Origin: an uncultured bacterium
GTDB lineage: Bacteria; Babelota; Babeliae; Babelales; JABCYS01
Reading direction: 5' to 3'
DNA length: 64,000 nucleotides
Assembly (NCBI GenBank): GCA_963705705.1
Contig: CAVPKK010000007.1
Coordinates: forward strand, 256,001 to 320,000
Both the position numbers and the translations under genes were made by a program. Shown here piece by piece: positions 31,522-43,344 of the stretch (position 1 is the stretch's first letter; each line of letters opens with the position of its first letter). The notes beneath the pieces are model-generated. The model did no database searches. It saw nothing but the letters and a program-made list of their open reading frames with translations, and was not told where the DNA came from.

Positions 31522-32193
31522 TCAGTTTACACGCTGATTTTTACGCTGCCGCCTAAAAAAAGTCTTCAACAATGTCGCTGCCTCTTCTGCTTCAATACCC
31601 TTGATGATGGCTGGCAAACGACCGCTATTGTATACCAATGGTTTTTCAGAATGTAAACCTTTTTTTGGATATGGTTGCGATGTTTCTTTTTTCCGCTCGC
31701 TACCTTCGACTGGCTCAGGGCGAGCGGACTCAATCTGGTTTTTCGCGATTCCCATTTTGCCATTTTCCTCTACGAAGGCAGCTAACGTTGAATATCCAAA
31801 TAATGGTGAATCCGCGCCGTATACAATACCATCTAACCGGCTTAGCACAGCCAAGTTGTAACACATTGCACATGGCTCCAATGTTACATACAACCAGCAA
31901 CCTTCCAGGCGCCAGTCGCCGATTTTCTTGCCGGCTTTTTCTATTGCGAGCACCTCGGCATGAGCAGCTTGCGTATGTTTGTGCTCAGTAAGATTGTGTG
32001 CACGAGCGATAATATCACCATCTTTATTCACAATTACCGCTCCAATAGGAACCTCGTCTTTGGCCAGAGCTTTCGCCGCTTCGGAAATCGCGGCTTTCAT
32101 GGTATAATGATGGCTGACTTTAGAAATCTTGTTTTTGATTTTCTTGGTGCTCATAAAAAGGCTTTCAAGCTGGTGCAAGGAAACGTTACCCAA
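31522..32193 (-). CDS. tadA: tRNA adenosine(34) deaminase with internal insertion (true start probably downstream)
   Basis: EVPIGAV, AHAE, LYVTLEPCAMC, LLKTFF. Confidence 0.92.
   Translation of the reverse strand: MGNVSLHQLESLFMSTKKIKNKISKVSHHYTMKAAISEAAKALAKDEVPIGAVIVNKDGDIIARAHNLTEHKHTQAAHAEVLAIEKAGKKIGDWRLEGCWLYVTLEPCAMCYNLAVLSRLDGIVYGADSPLFGYSTLAAFVEENGKMGIAKNQIESARPEPVEGSERKKETSQPYPKKGLHSEKPLVYNSGRLPAIIKGIEAEEAATLLKTFFRRQRKNQRVN
31692..31728. repeat. Palindromic repeat family A, copy inside tadA
   Basis: TCCGCTCGCTACCTTCGACTGGCTCAGGGCGAGCGGA, read in frame as SARPEPVEGSER. Confidence 0.88.
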
Positions 32194-32201
32194 ATCATTT
32201 T

Positions 32202-32238
32202 TGCACTCTTATCCTGCGATTAATTCAGGATGAGCGCA
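32202..32238. repeat. Palindromic repeat family A, degenerate copy
   Basis: TGCACTCTTATCCTGCGATTAATTCAGGATGAGCGCA resembles the copy at 3896-3932. Confidence 0.65.
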
Positions 32239-32289
32239 TTAAACTCAACCTATGTTGGGAAGGTATCAAAGCAAGCAGAAAGAAAGTAG

Positions 32290-34809
<2,520 letters not shown>

Positions 34810-34819
34810 TTTAATTTTT

Positions 34820-34865
34820 GAGGGGCGCTGCCCCTCCACCCCGGCAGGAACTAGTCCCTGCACCC
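34820..34865 (+). repeat. Palindromic repeat family B, two units
   Basis: GAGGGGCGCTGCCCCTCCACCCC and GCAGGAACTAGTCCCTGCACCC after the gyrB stop codon. Confidence 0.7.
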
Positions 34866-34938
34866 AGTGCATAATTGCTTCGCAATTAAAATGATCGCAT
34901 AACTAGCACATTGTATTTACCCAGGCTCATAGAAGAAT

Positions 34939-34973
34939 CCGCTCGTCCTGAGCCTGTCGAAGGATGCGAGCGG
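34939..34973. repeat. Palindromic repeat family A, intergenic copy
   Basis: CCGCTCGTCCTGAGCCTGTCGAAGGATGCGAGCGG. Confidence 0.9.
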
Positions 34974-34999
34974 CATAGCAAGAAGCCAAAGTATCGGAC

Positions 35000-36052
35000 T
35001 TGCGTCCCATTATGAACCACCATCTTATTCAACCAAATCAAACAATCATTATTGGCTACTCAGGTGGTCCCGATTCCACATACTTGTTGCACGCGATCAA
35101 AAAAATCAAAACACAGCTAAATCTAAAACTTATCGCAGCACATTTGGATCACCAATGGCGACCAAATTCCGCCGCCGATGTAATTTTTTGTCGCGAACAA
35201 GCAGCAGCCCTCGGTATTCAATTTGTGAGTTCACAAGCAAAAGAACTTGATATCCGAATGAAGCCCAATGGCTCACAAGAAGAATTCGGCCGAAAACTTC
35301 GTCGAGCATTTTTTACCAAGATTGCCAAGGAATATAAGGCTGATGCAATTGCACTCGGCCATCACGCCGACGATCAATTAGAAACATTTTTTATTCGGCT
35401 CATGCGCGGTGCTACCTTAAGCGGACTCACTTGCATGAAACCAATTGAAGGTATGTATATCAGACCATTACTTGGCTTGCACAAAAAAGAGATCTTTGAA
35501 TATCTTAATACACACAACATTCCTTTTATTATTGACCCTACCAACGAATCAGCAAACTATCTGCGTAACAGGATTAGATTATCCGTGGTGCCAGCTCTCC
35601 AAACGGCTGACTCACGATTCACTGAAAATTTCTTTCGCGGCTTGGAACATTTGCAACAGGCTGAAGAATTATTGAATCAGATTACTAAAAAGGAACTTGC
35701 AGCCTGCAAAATTGATTCTGGTCTTCAAAAAGATACATTACTGATTCATCAACCATATCTCATCAAACGCATATTGATTGCTTGGCTTATTGAACACAAA
35801 GTTCCATTTACCCCCAGCGATGGATTTCTGAATGAGATGATCAGATTTATTAGCCAGCCTGCCACAAAAAAACAGCACCCGCTGCATGAGCAATGGATGC
35901 TGTGTAAAAATGATAATGTTCTTACTATTGAGAAACTTACGCCTGCTTTTCCTCATCCTTCTTCTCAGCAGACTCAACTTTCCTCTGTTCGAGAATCTTT
36001 ATGCGACCCATCATTGCAGCAACACGAGCTTGAGAATCCGCCTGCGTTGTAG
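35000..36052 (+). CDS. tilS: tRNA(Ile)-lysidine synthetase
   Basis: SGGPDS PP-loop, HHADDQLET, IRPLL, DPTN, RNRIR. Confidence 0.95.
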   Translation: MRPIMNHHLIQPNQTIIIGYSGGPDSTYLLHAIKKIKTQLNLKLIAAHLDHQWRPNSAADVIFCREQAAALGIQFVSSQAKELDIRMKPNGSQEEFGRKLRRAFFTKIAKEYKADAIALGHHADDQLETFFIRLMRGATLSGLTCMKPIEGMYIRPLLGLHKKEIFEYLNTHNIPFIIDPTNESANYLRNRIRLSVVPALQTADSRFTENFFRGLEHLQQAEELLNQITKKELAACKIDSGLQKDTLLIHQPYLIKRILIAWLIEHKVPFTPSDGFLNEMIRFISQPATKKQHPLHEQWMLCKNDNVLTIEKLTPAFPHPSSQQTQLSSVRESLCDPSLQQHELENPPAL

Positions 36053-36437
36053 CTTGTGAAGCATTTGCAACTGCCACGCTCTTAGATTTTTGCGGACCTA
36101 CCGGTTTATGCATACCCTGTTTTGCGCCAGCCTTTTTTAATGCGCTCATGTCTGGACCTTTTGGTTTAGATCTAGCGATTACTGGCACATGGGCTTTCGC
36201 ACGCGCTGCGGCCACCATCTTCGCAGCAGCTGACATAGGAGCTACATCAGAATTGCTCGTGGTGCTTGATGAGAATGGAGAATTAGAACGCGATGATCTC
36301 TTGGTATCTGATGAATTTGGTGATGGCATAGCAGATACAACTGCTGTTGAAACTAACATTGCCGAAACTAAAACGATACGCAACATAGGAATACTCCTTA
36401 TTAAAAAGATTGGACAATACAACTCGCTTCCTTTCAT
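35937..36437 (-). CDS. Small secreted Ser/Lys-rich hypothetical protein (start probably MLRIVL)
   Basis: Signal-like MLRIVLVSAMLVSTAVVSA after an AGGAG RBS; converges on the tilS tail. Confidence 0.55.
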   Translation of the reverse strand: MKGSELYCPIFLIRSIPMLRIVLVSAMLVSTAVVSAMPSPNSSDTKRSSRSNSPFSSSTTSNSDVAPMSAAAKMVAAARAKAHVPVIARSKPKGPDMSALKKAGAKQGMHKPVGPQKSKSVAVANASQATTQADSQARVAAMMGRIKILEQRKVESAEKKDEEKQA

Positions 36438-36526
36438 TTCTACTTAATCCTTCTTCCGCCGTCAACTTTCGGTTATCTTTAGTGAGTAACGGTTTAAGAA
36501 ACAGTTTGCGAAAATGAGTTTTTGTT

Positions 36527-37675
36527 ATGGAGCATCCCTCTACGTACTGCAATTGCTTATCTGATAAGGCATGCACATCGCCCATAGCTTTTCCCTATGA
36601 TCAAGAGAAAATGGAGCGTGATGAAACACGTTTGTACCGTTGGCTACTGCTGTCCCTATTGCTTCATTGCACATTGAGCTTTTTATTTATGATGATGCCG
36701 CAAGAGCGTTTTGTGCATTCCGAGCCGACCGTTATTTTTGATGCTGATGAACCCAGTACAAGAATGTTGGATAATTCAACACCAGCACCTCTTCCCGGCC
36801 AACCAGGATCCCAGCCTGCAATCCAAAGCGACCCGGAAGAAGTTCAATTTGATGTTCAGCAAAATCAAAGTTCCAAATTTGGCGCGCCAGAACTAGAGGC
36901 TGAACAATTTTCGCCAAGCACTGGTGAGGGAGAAAATCCGCAACCAGAAGCAAAAGATCCAAATGATTCAACAGCCAGTGAAGCTCTTCCTCAAACACCA
37001 ACGATCAACGAGCAGCCACAACAGATCGAAGAAAAGGCAGCGGAACCAATAAATGATCCTTCACCACGAGAATTATCAGCAACTGCGTTGCTTGAGCAAC
37101 AATCTCCCGCCAGCGGGAAGAGAGATTCCCAAGAAAATCCTCAAGATGTAAAAAAAGAAAGTGAACCAATAGCCGATGCTTCTCACAAAGCCGAAAAATC
37201 CAAAAGCCCCTTCGAATTCAGTGGCAGTAAATCAAGAGGCCCAATAACTAAGAATTTATCATTAGCTAAATTAACTGAGGGGTTTTTGGATTTCGTAAAA
37301 GATCGTGGCACTAATGAGACGATTACCTTGCAATCAAATGACGTGCGCTATGCGAGTTATTTCCAAAAAGTTGGCTGGTTTTTACAAAACTCATTTCATT
37401 TACACAATCGACCAATAACCATTGACCATAGTGTTCGTGAAACTATCGATTTGCACATGGTTATTGAAAAATCGGGAGCATTGAGCTCGTGTACGATTAA
37501 ACAACCATGCTCAGCCCCTGCGATTAATAATTTATTGCGCAAGATTGTGGAAGCGGCATCGCCATTCCCACCACTGCCGGCTCATTTAAAGCGAGATCGC
37601 CTCTCGGTTAACATTCCTATTTATATTGATGCACATCCAGGTACCAACTTGTATCATTTTACATTCAGAGGATAG
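36527..37675 (+). CDS. TonB/TolA-like protein
   Basis: TM with SLLLH, Pro/Glu/Gln-rich linker, C-terminal domain with ASPFPPLP. Confidence 0.75.
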   Translation: MEHPSTYCNCLSDKACTSPIAFPYDQEKMERDETRLYRWLLLSLLLHCTLSFLFMMMPQERFVHSEPTVIFDADEPSTRMLDNSTPAPLPGQPGSQPAIQSDPEEVQFDVQQNQSSKFGAPELEAEQFSPSTGEGENPQPEAKDPNDSTASEALPQTPTINEQPQQIEEKAAEPINDPSPRELSATALLEQQSPASGKRDSQENPQDVKKESEPIADASHKAEKSKSPFEFSGSKSRGPITKNLSLAKLTEGFLDFVKDRGTNETITLQSNDVRYASYFQKVGWFLQNSFHLHNRPITIDHSVRETIDLHMVIEKSGALSSCTIKQPCSAPAINNLLRKIVEAASPFPPLPAHLKRDRLSVNIPIYIDAHPGTNLYHFTFRG

Positions 37676-37707
37676 ATGTACCTCAAATCAACTTATGCTA
37701 TTATTCG

Positions 37708-37728
37708 CCAGGGCTCGCCCTGGACCCG
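37708..37728 (+). repeat. Palindromic repeat family B
   Basis: CCAGGGCTCGCCCTGGACCCG. Confidence 0.75.
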
Positions 37729-37797
37729 AGGAGCAATCAAACTTTTCGAGGCAGCGCAACAAGATTGTTGTAGCACCGAGACCAATAAAGGATTCCT

Positions 37798-39165
37798 ATG
37801 GCAAAAATTGTGATCATTGGCGCCGGACCAACTGGCTTATCAGCGGCGTATCACCTAGAAAAAAAAGGTTTTTTCGATTACAAGCTGTTCGAAAAAGAAT
37901 CTGAAACTGGTGGCCTATGCCGCTCAATGTATCAAGATGGTTTTACCTTTGATTACACAGGCCATCTACTTCATGTCGGCGATCCATATTTCAAACAATT
38001 TATTCATGATGTGGTCGGATTTGAAAATCTAGCAAGTATCAAACGCAGATCTTTCGTATATTCGCATGATGTATTTACCGGCTATCCGTGGCAAGTAAAT
38101 TTATATGGCCTTCCGGTAGACGTTATTGCCGACTGCATAGAAGGATTTATTACCCGACCAAAAACCCGCAAAAAGCCTCGCACATTTCCTGACTGGGTAA
38201 TGCAATCATTCGGCGCCGGATTTGCCAAGCATTTCTTTTTGCCGTACCAACGAAAAATTTTTGCTCACAATCTAAATCAAATTACCACCTCATGGACTGG
38301 ACGATTTGTACCAACAACATCGTTGCAACAAATTATTAATGGGGCAATAAAAAAGAGCGATGATGAACTAATTGGCTACAATGCACAGTTTTATTATCCA
38401 AAGACTGGCGGAACGGCTTTTTGGGTAAATAAATTAGCAGAACAGCTCACAGCGCCGATACAGACTAATAGCATGGTGAGCCAAATTGATGTCGCACAAA
38501 AAATGGTCACGTTTGCTAACGGCCACAGTGAACCATATGATCATCTTATAACAACCATGCCGTTGGATCGCTTACTTTCTGTTTTAGTTGAGCCGAGTAC
38601 AAGCTCATTAAAGCGTGCGATCCCAAAATTAGTCTGCAATCAAGTAGTAAACTTCAATCTAGGTATTGCGCGCGCTAATCTTTCGGATAAACATTGGATC
38701 TATTACCCTGAACCACAGTATCCATTCTACCGCATGGGCTTTTATCACAACTTTGCGGCATCAATGGCGCCAGAAGGCCATAGCTCAGTATATGGTGAGT
38801 TTTCGCATATCAATGCGCCAAAGAAAAAGGTTGCGGAAATGCTGGCAACATCTTTGGCTGCAACTAAGAAAATTTTAGGGATTGAAGATCGAGAGATTGT
38901 TACGCAAAAGATAGTGCATATTAGTCATGCCTATGTAATTTACGATTTCTGGCGGGAAAAAAATCTTGCTAAAATCCACGAACAGCTGCAATCGTTTGGC
39001 ATCCATTCCATTGGCCGCTATGGCGAATGGAAATATTCCAGCATGCAGGAAGCCATTTTAGATGGTAAGAAAACAGTCGAGAAGTTAGTTATTGAATCGG
39101 CAAACGAAGCTTTTTATGTGCCTAATGATTTAATAAATAGATCTACTCACCCACGTGCAAGTTAG
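37798..39165 (+). CDS. FAD-dependent oxidoreductase (protoporphyrinogen oxidase/UDP-galactopyranose mutase-like)
   Basis: IIGAGPTGLSAA, GGLCRS, FTFDYTGH, GRYGEWKY. Confidence 0.85.
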   Translation: MAKIVIIGAGPTGLSAAYHLEKKGFFDYKLFEKESETGGLCRSMYQDGFTFDYTGHLLHVGDPYFKQFIHDVVGFENLASIKRRSFVYSHDVFTGYPWQVNLYGLPVDVIADCIEGFITRPKTRKKPRTFPDWVMQSFGAGFAKHFFLPYQRKIFAHNLNQITTSWTGRFVPTTSLQQIINGAIKKSDDELIGYNAQFYYPKTGGTAFWVNKLAEQLTAPIQTNSMVSQIDVAQKMVTFANGHSEPYDHLITTMPLDRLLSVLVEPSTSSLKRAIPKLVCNQVVNFNLGIARANLSDKHWIYYPEPQYPFYRMGFYHNFAASMAPEGHSSVYGEFSHINAPKKKVAEMLATSLAATKKILGIEDREIVTQKIVHISHAYVIYDFWREKNLAKIHEQLQSFGIHSIGRYGEWKYSSMQEAILDGKKTVEKLVIESANEAFYVPNDLINRSTHPRAS

Positions 39166-39171
39166 CATGAC

Positions 39172-39207
39172 CGCGCTCATCCTGAGTTTATCGAAGGATC
39201 AGAGCGC
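39172..39207. repeat. Palindromic repeat family A, intergenic copy
   Basis: CGCGCTCATCCTGAGTTTATCGAAGGATCAGAGCGC. Confidence 0.9.
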
Positions 39208-39239
39208 AATAATGATTAGCATGAAAAGAAAAGACTAAA

Positions 39240-40148
39240 ATGCATCCGTTTAAAAATTTTTATAATCAACGCAATGTCTTAGTCACCGGCGGCGCTGGAT
39301 TTATTGGCTCACATATTGTAGAGATGTTAGTTGAGCTCGGCGCGCACGTTCGCGTACTCGATAATTTATCTACCGGCTCATTGGATAATTTGGCGTCGGT
39401 CATAAACAACATTGAGTTTGTTAATGGCTCAGTAACTGACCGGGCAACATGTGATGCTGCATTAAAAAACATGCAAACAGTGTTCCACTTAGCGGCGATG
39501 GTTTCTGTACCACAATCAATTGAAGATCCAGCGGGTTGCCACGATAATAATATGACTGGCACACTCAACATTTTAGATGCGTGTCGCCTGCACAACGTCC
39601 AAGAGTTAGCCTTTTCATCCTCAAGCGCCGTTTACGGCCCCCAAGAAGGTGCTTGCTCAGAAAATTCACCAACCAATCCGACCTCACCATATGGCTACAC
39701 CAAATTAATGGGCGAGTGGTACTGCCGGCAATATGCGCAATTATATAGCATTGGCACCGTGAGCCTGCGTTATTTTAATGTCTTCGGCCCACGCCAAAAT
39801 CCTCATGGCGGTTATGCCGCGGTCGTAGCAAAATTCAGACATCAATTGGCAAACAATTTACCACTTATCATTTTCGGCGATGGCCAACAAACACGAGACT
39901 TTGTTCCCGTATCAGAAGTGGTTCACGCAAACTTATTATTAGCCATGCATGCAAAAAAATACCCGGGCGACGTATTTAATATCGCCTCGGGTAAAACTAT
40001 TTCCTTGCTTGAACTTGCCGAACAACTCAGATCTGAATTTCCTACCGCTAACTCGCCAATCCAATTCATGCCGGCCCGCGCTGGCGACATTATTCATTCA
40101 TCAGCTGACTGTAAAAAATATAGGCAAGTATCCGGTTCTGTAGATTAG
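39240..40148 (+). CDS. NAD-dependent nucleotide-sugar epimerase/dehydratase
   Basis: TGGAGFIGSH, SSSAVYG, YGYTK, LRYFNVFGPRQ, GDGQQTRDF. Confidence 0.93.
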   Translation: MHPFKNFYNQRNVLVTGGAGFIGSHIVEMLVELGAHVRVLDNLSTGSLDNLASVINNIEFVNGSVTDRATCDAALKNMQTVFHLAAMVSVPQSIEDPAGCHDNNMTGTLNILDACRLHNVQELAFSSSSAVYGPQEGACSENSPTNPTSPYGYTKLMGEWYCRQYAQLYSIGTVSLRYFNVFGPRQNPHGGYAAVVAKFRHQLANNLPLIIFGDGQQTRDFVPVSEVVHANLLLAMHAKKYPGDVFNIASGKTISLLELAEQLRSEFPTANSPIQFMPARAGDIIHSSADCKKYRQVSGSVD

Positions 40149-40217
40149 GCCCTGCCGGCTGTTGGGGCAAAGCCCGATTTCTGCTATTTTATACCCCCAC
40201 TAATACAAACAGCATAA

Positions 40218-41381
40218 GTGAGTAGCACCATGACCCAGGATTTCTATAGTACCCTCGAGGTATCCCGATCGGCATCTCCAGACGAAATCAAAGCGGCCTA
40301 TCGCAAGATGGCCCTTAAGTACCACCCTGACCGCAACCCAAACAATAAAGAGGCAGAAGATAAATTTAAGGCAGCGGCATCAGCCTATGAAGTGCTTTCT
40401 GATCCTGAAAAGAAACAACGTTATGACCAACTTGGCCATGCTAACTATCAACAGATGGGCGGCGGCCGACCAGGTGGCTTCGGTGGCCATGGCGGCATGG
40501 GTATGGATGACATCTTCGAGCAGTTTGGCGATATATTTGGTTCAATGTTCACCCAAGGTAATGCTGGGGGCAGGCAACGTTCTAGTCGCAAAGGCTTAGA
40601 GCCAAAGCGGGGCCATGACCTCACCCAAGAGATCACAATTAGCCTCAAAGAATCCTATGTAGGTGCTCAACGGGAAATGAGCTATTTCAGATTCCTCGGA
40701 TGTGATACCTGTAAGGGGAAAGGGGCAAAGCCAGGTACCTCGGTTGAGACATGTAAGACCTGCCACGGCGCCGGTCAGCTTAACTACCGCCAAGGCTTTT
40801 TCATGTATAGCCAGGGTTGCACCTCATGCAATGGCGAAGGCTTTACCATCCCGTCACCATGTGCTGGCTGTAAGGGCCAGTCACGGATGCAGAAATTAGA
40901 TAAGTTCACCGTCAATATCCCAAAAGGCATCTATGATGAAGCCGAATTGCGCATAGCGGATAAAGGTGACGCTGGCGTCTACGGCGGGCCGACCGGTTCT
41001 CTTTATATTAAGGTAAAGATACAGTCGGATAAAAACTTTAAGCGCGTCGACAATGATTTGGTTTGTACCGTTATGCTTACCTATCCGCAGCTGGTACTTG
41101 GCTGCCAGGTTGAAGTAGAAAATATTGATGGCACCAAAGAAAACGTCAGAATTCCAAAGGCATGTCCGGTCGGCGAGCGTATTATCATCAGCGGCAAAGG
41201 ATTTGAAAACCTTCGCGGCGGCAAGAAGCATGGCAACTTTGTGATTGTCACCCAATGCCACATTCCAAAGAAGAGCTCGACCGAAGCAAAAGAATTACTG
41301 ACCAAATACGCTGAAGTCGCCGGCCAACCAGAAAAATCTGACGGCAGCATCCTCGGATTCTTCAAGAAATTCCTCGGCTAG
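40218..41381 (+). CDS. dnaJ: Chaperone DnaJ
   Basis: HPD J-domain, G/F-rich region, four CxxCxGxG repeats. Confidence 0.97.
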   Translation: MSSTMTQDFYSTLEVSRSASPDEIKAAYRKMALKYHPDRNPNNKEAEDKFKAAASAYEVLSDPEKKQRYDQLGHANYQQMGGGRPGGFGGHGGMGMDDIFEQFGDIFGSMFTQGNAGGRQRSSRKGLEPKRGHDLTQEITISLKESYVGAQREMSYFRFLGCDTCKGKGAKPGTSVETCKTCHGAGQLNYRQGFFMYSQGCTSCNGEGFTIPSPCAGCKGQSRMQKLDKFTVNIPKGIYDEAELRIADKGDAGVYGGPTGSLYIKVKIQSDKNFKRVDNDLVCTVMLTYPQLVLGCQVEVENIDGTKENVRIPKACPVGERIIISGKGFENLRGGKKHGNFVIVTQCHIPKKSSTEAKELLTKYAEVAGQPEKSDGSILGFFKKFLG

Positions 41382-41400
41382 CAGGGCACGCCCTGCACCC
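41381..41400 (+). repeat. Palindromic repeat family B
   Basis: GCAGGGCACGCCCTGCACCC at the dnaJ stop codon. Confidence 0.75.
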
Positions 41401-41517
41401 AATGCGCAATCCTTGGCATCGTAGGCGAATCATTTTTGCGGCGCTTAAGAAAAGCACACTTATGAGTATCACTCACTTTGACTCATGCATTGTAAAATAT
41501 TATGGATGCAAGAGGGC

Positions 41518-41630
41518 CGCGCTCATTCTGAGGCTTCGACGAGGCTCAGCCTGTAGTCCTTCGATTGAAAAATTCACAAGTCGAAGAGTTTACTCCTGAG
41601 TTTATCGAAGGATCGAAGAATCGAAGCGCG
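41518..41630. repeat. Nested composite of family A palindromes
   Basis: Outer CGCGCTCATTCTGAG...TCGAAGAATCGAAGCGCG encloses further CTGAG/TCGAAG cores. Confidence 0.7.
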
Positions 41631-41708
41631 CAAAGCAAAATCATCGGGAAAGCTAATCGAAGAAAAATCTCAAAAATGATAATCAACTTTCTATAAAGCA
41701 ACTCCTTT

Positions 41709-42077
41709 ATGCAACTATACCAACAACGCCTACAAGAACATTTTCGCTCATCAAAGTTCCGTGGCGAATTGGCTGATGCACCAGCAGCAAGCCAGGCGCT
41801 GAACCCCTCATGCGGCGACATGGTAGCAGTTCAATGCAAAATTATTGATAATGTATTAGTTGATATGAAATTTACTGGAAGCGGTTGCGTGATTAGCCAA
41901 GCGGCTGCATCGTTATTGGCTGAAACCGTTGTAGGCAAATCGATTACCGACGTGTTAGAAATATCCGCAGGTCAGATGAAAGAACTTGTTGGCATCCCAC
42001 TCGGGCCAACTCGAATGCGCTGCGCGCTTTTGGCACTTGAAGCATTACATGAATCTATTAAAGCTAGCTCTTCTTAA
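41709..42077 (+). CDS. sufU: SufU/IscU-like Fe-S scaffold or sulfur acceptor
   Basis: NPSCGD, GSGCVISQAAAS, RMRCALL. Confidence 0.9.
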   Translation: MQLYQQRLQEHFRSSKFRGELADAPAASQALNPSCGDMVAVQCKIIDNVLVDMKFTGSGCVISQAAASLLAETVVGKSITDVLEISAGQMKELVGIPLGPTRMRCALLALEALHESIKASSS

Positions 42078-43332
42078 CTTTTTTACGCGGCACTTTGCTG
42101 AGAATGAAATCCTTAATCTCGCTAAATGTCTTACATATATTAGGGCCATTGAGATTGGGCGATTGGATCAGTTCATTCTCCATCGAACGGATTGCTAATT
42201 TGAATTCTTTGTAACTTCCATATCTCTTTATCAGATCTCGATAAAGTGAGAGATAATTAAACAGCAATCGTAATTGCCACATACGCTCAGTCATCTCCAC
42301 CGTTTGCAACTCAATGCTATCAATTTCTGCTGACCGTTCATGAATAAATGGCATTATTGCATAAAAGGTTTGTTCCAATGCCATGGCAATCTCCGATTCA
42401 TAAATGAAATATTGGCTAGCCTTAAATGCCCGATCACCCTTCATTCCTTTATCAAGTGATACGATATGCTGCCAATACATCTGAATCAACTGATCTTCTG
42501 TTTTAAATGTAGTTGCATCTAATGGTAGATCGTTGAAATATTGCCCGATCTTTTTGTATAACTCATGGGCATTTAAAACAACATCTTTGCATGAGGGATT
42601 ATCATTAAGCAATAAATTTACCCGATGCGACGCTTCAATATAGGTAAGATATTCCTGCAATACAGGCGCAGTTATTCTGCCCGATAGCCAGTCCGGAATA
42701 AGTTCCTTGGTCGGCGGCGCTATCAGCGGAGAAACGGGCTTATTATTCAGAGTTCGAAATATAATGTTGGCGATCGCATATGGCCTAAGCATAGCTAATA
42801 TGGGTTCAGCCCTCGCGACTGCCTGTAGGCTTGCATCACAATAATCATCACTATTTAGCGGAGCAGCACCGCTCAATCTATCCCAAAAATTAATCTCGTC
42901 TGCGTTGTTTGGCCCAGAAAAATTCATAGCATAACTGCGCGCGATCTTAGATAATTTTTCTACGGGATGCTGCATTCTTGCCCAGCCCGATCGGCTAAGA
43001 GCAGATACCACTTCTCTCGCAATGGCGGCGGTTGGTTGCTTGGCCAATATCATTTTATCTACCCATTCAACCCAGGCTTCGCCTTCCTTCATCTCCGCAT
43101 CCGTGATAGCAGATTGGAATTGCCATATAGTTTTTAATCTGCACAATTCTTTATACGTAAACCATTCAAGCACATGCGTTAATAGGCCTGGAGTACGTAA
43201 AGCTTTAAGACGAACTTCCTCGCCGTTTTGCGAAAGCTGAACTGGAACGGGAATGGGCACTTGTTGCGTGGCATTGAGCAAACTGCTCATTAAGATCCAA
43301 CCAACAATATATATTTTCTTCAAATCAATCAT
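42064..43332 (-). CDS. Secreted candidate effector: F-box-like motif + GKxW...QPYA-family domain
   Basis: Signal peptide, LLTHVLEWFTYKELCRLK, MKEGEAWVEWV, LRPYAIA. Confidence 0.7.
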   Translation of the reverse strand: MIDLKKIYIVGWILMSSLLNATQQVPIPVPVQLSQNGEEVRLKALRTPGLLTHVLEWFTYKELCRLKTIWQFQSAITDAEMKEGEAWVEWVDKMILAKQPTAAIAREVVSALSRSGWARMQHPVEKLSKIARSYAMNFSGPNNADEINFWDRLSGAAPLNSDDYCDASLQAVARAEPILAMLRPYAIANIIFRTLNNKPVSPLIAPPTKELIPDWLSGRITAPVLQEYLTYIEASHRVNLLLNDNPSCKDVVLNAHELYKKIGQYFNDLPLDATTFKTEDQLIQMYWQHIVSLDKGMKGDRAFKASQYFIYESEIAMALEQTFYAIMPFIHERSAEIDSIELQTVEMTERMWQLRLLFNYLSLYRDLIKRYGSYKEFKLAIRSMENELIQSPNLNGPNICKTFSEIKDFILSKVPRKKVKKS

Positions 43333-43344
43333 CGATATCTTCTG

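Noticed and set aside
35937..36052. Convergent overlap of tilS with a secreted ORF as a functional overlap
   Set aside because: The tilS tail beyond LTIEK looks like non-conserved run-on sequence.
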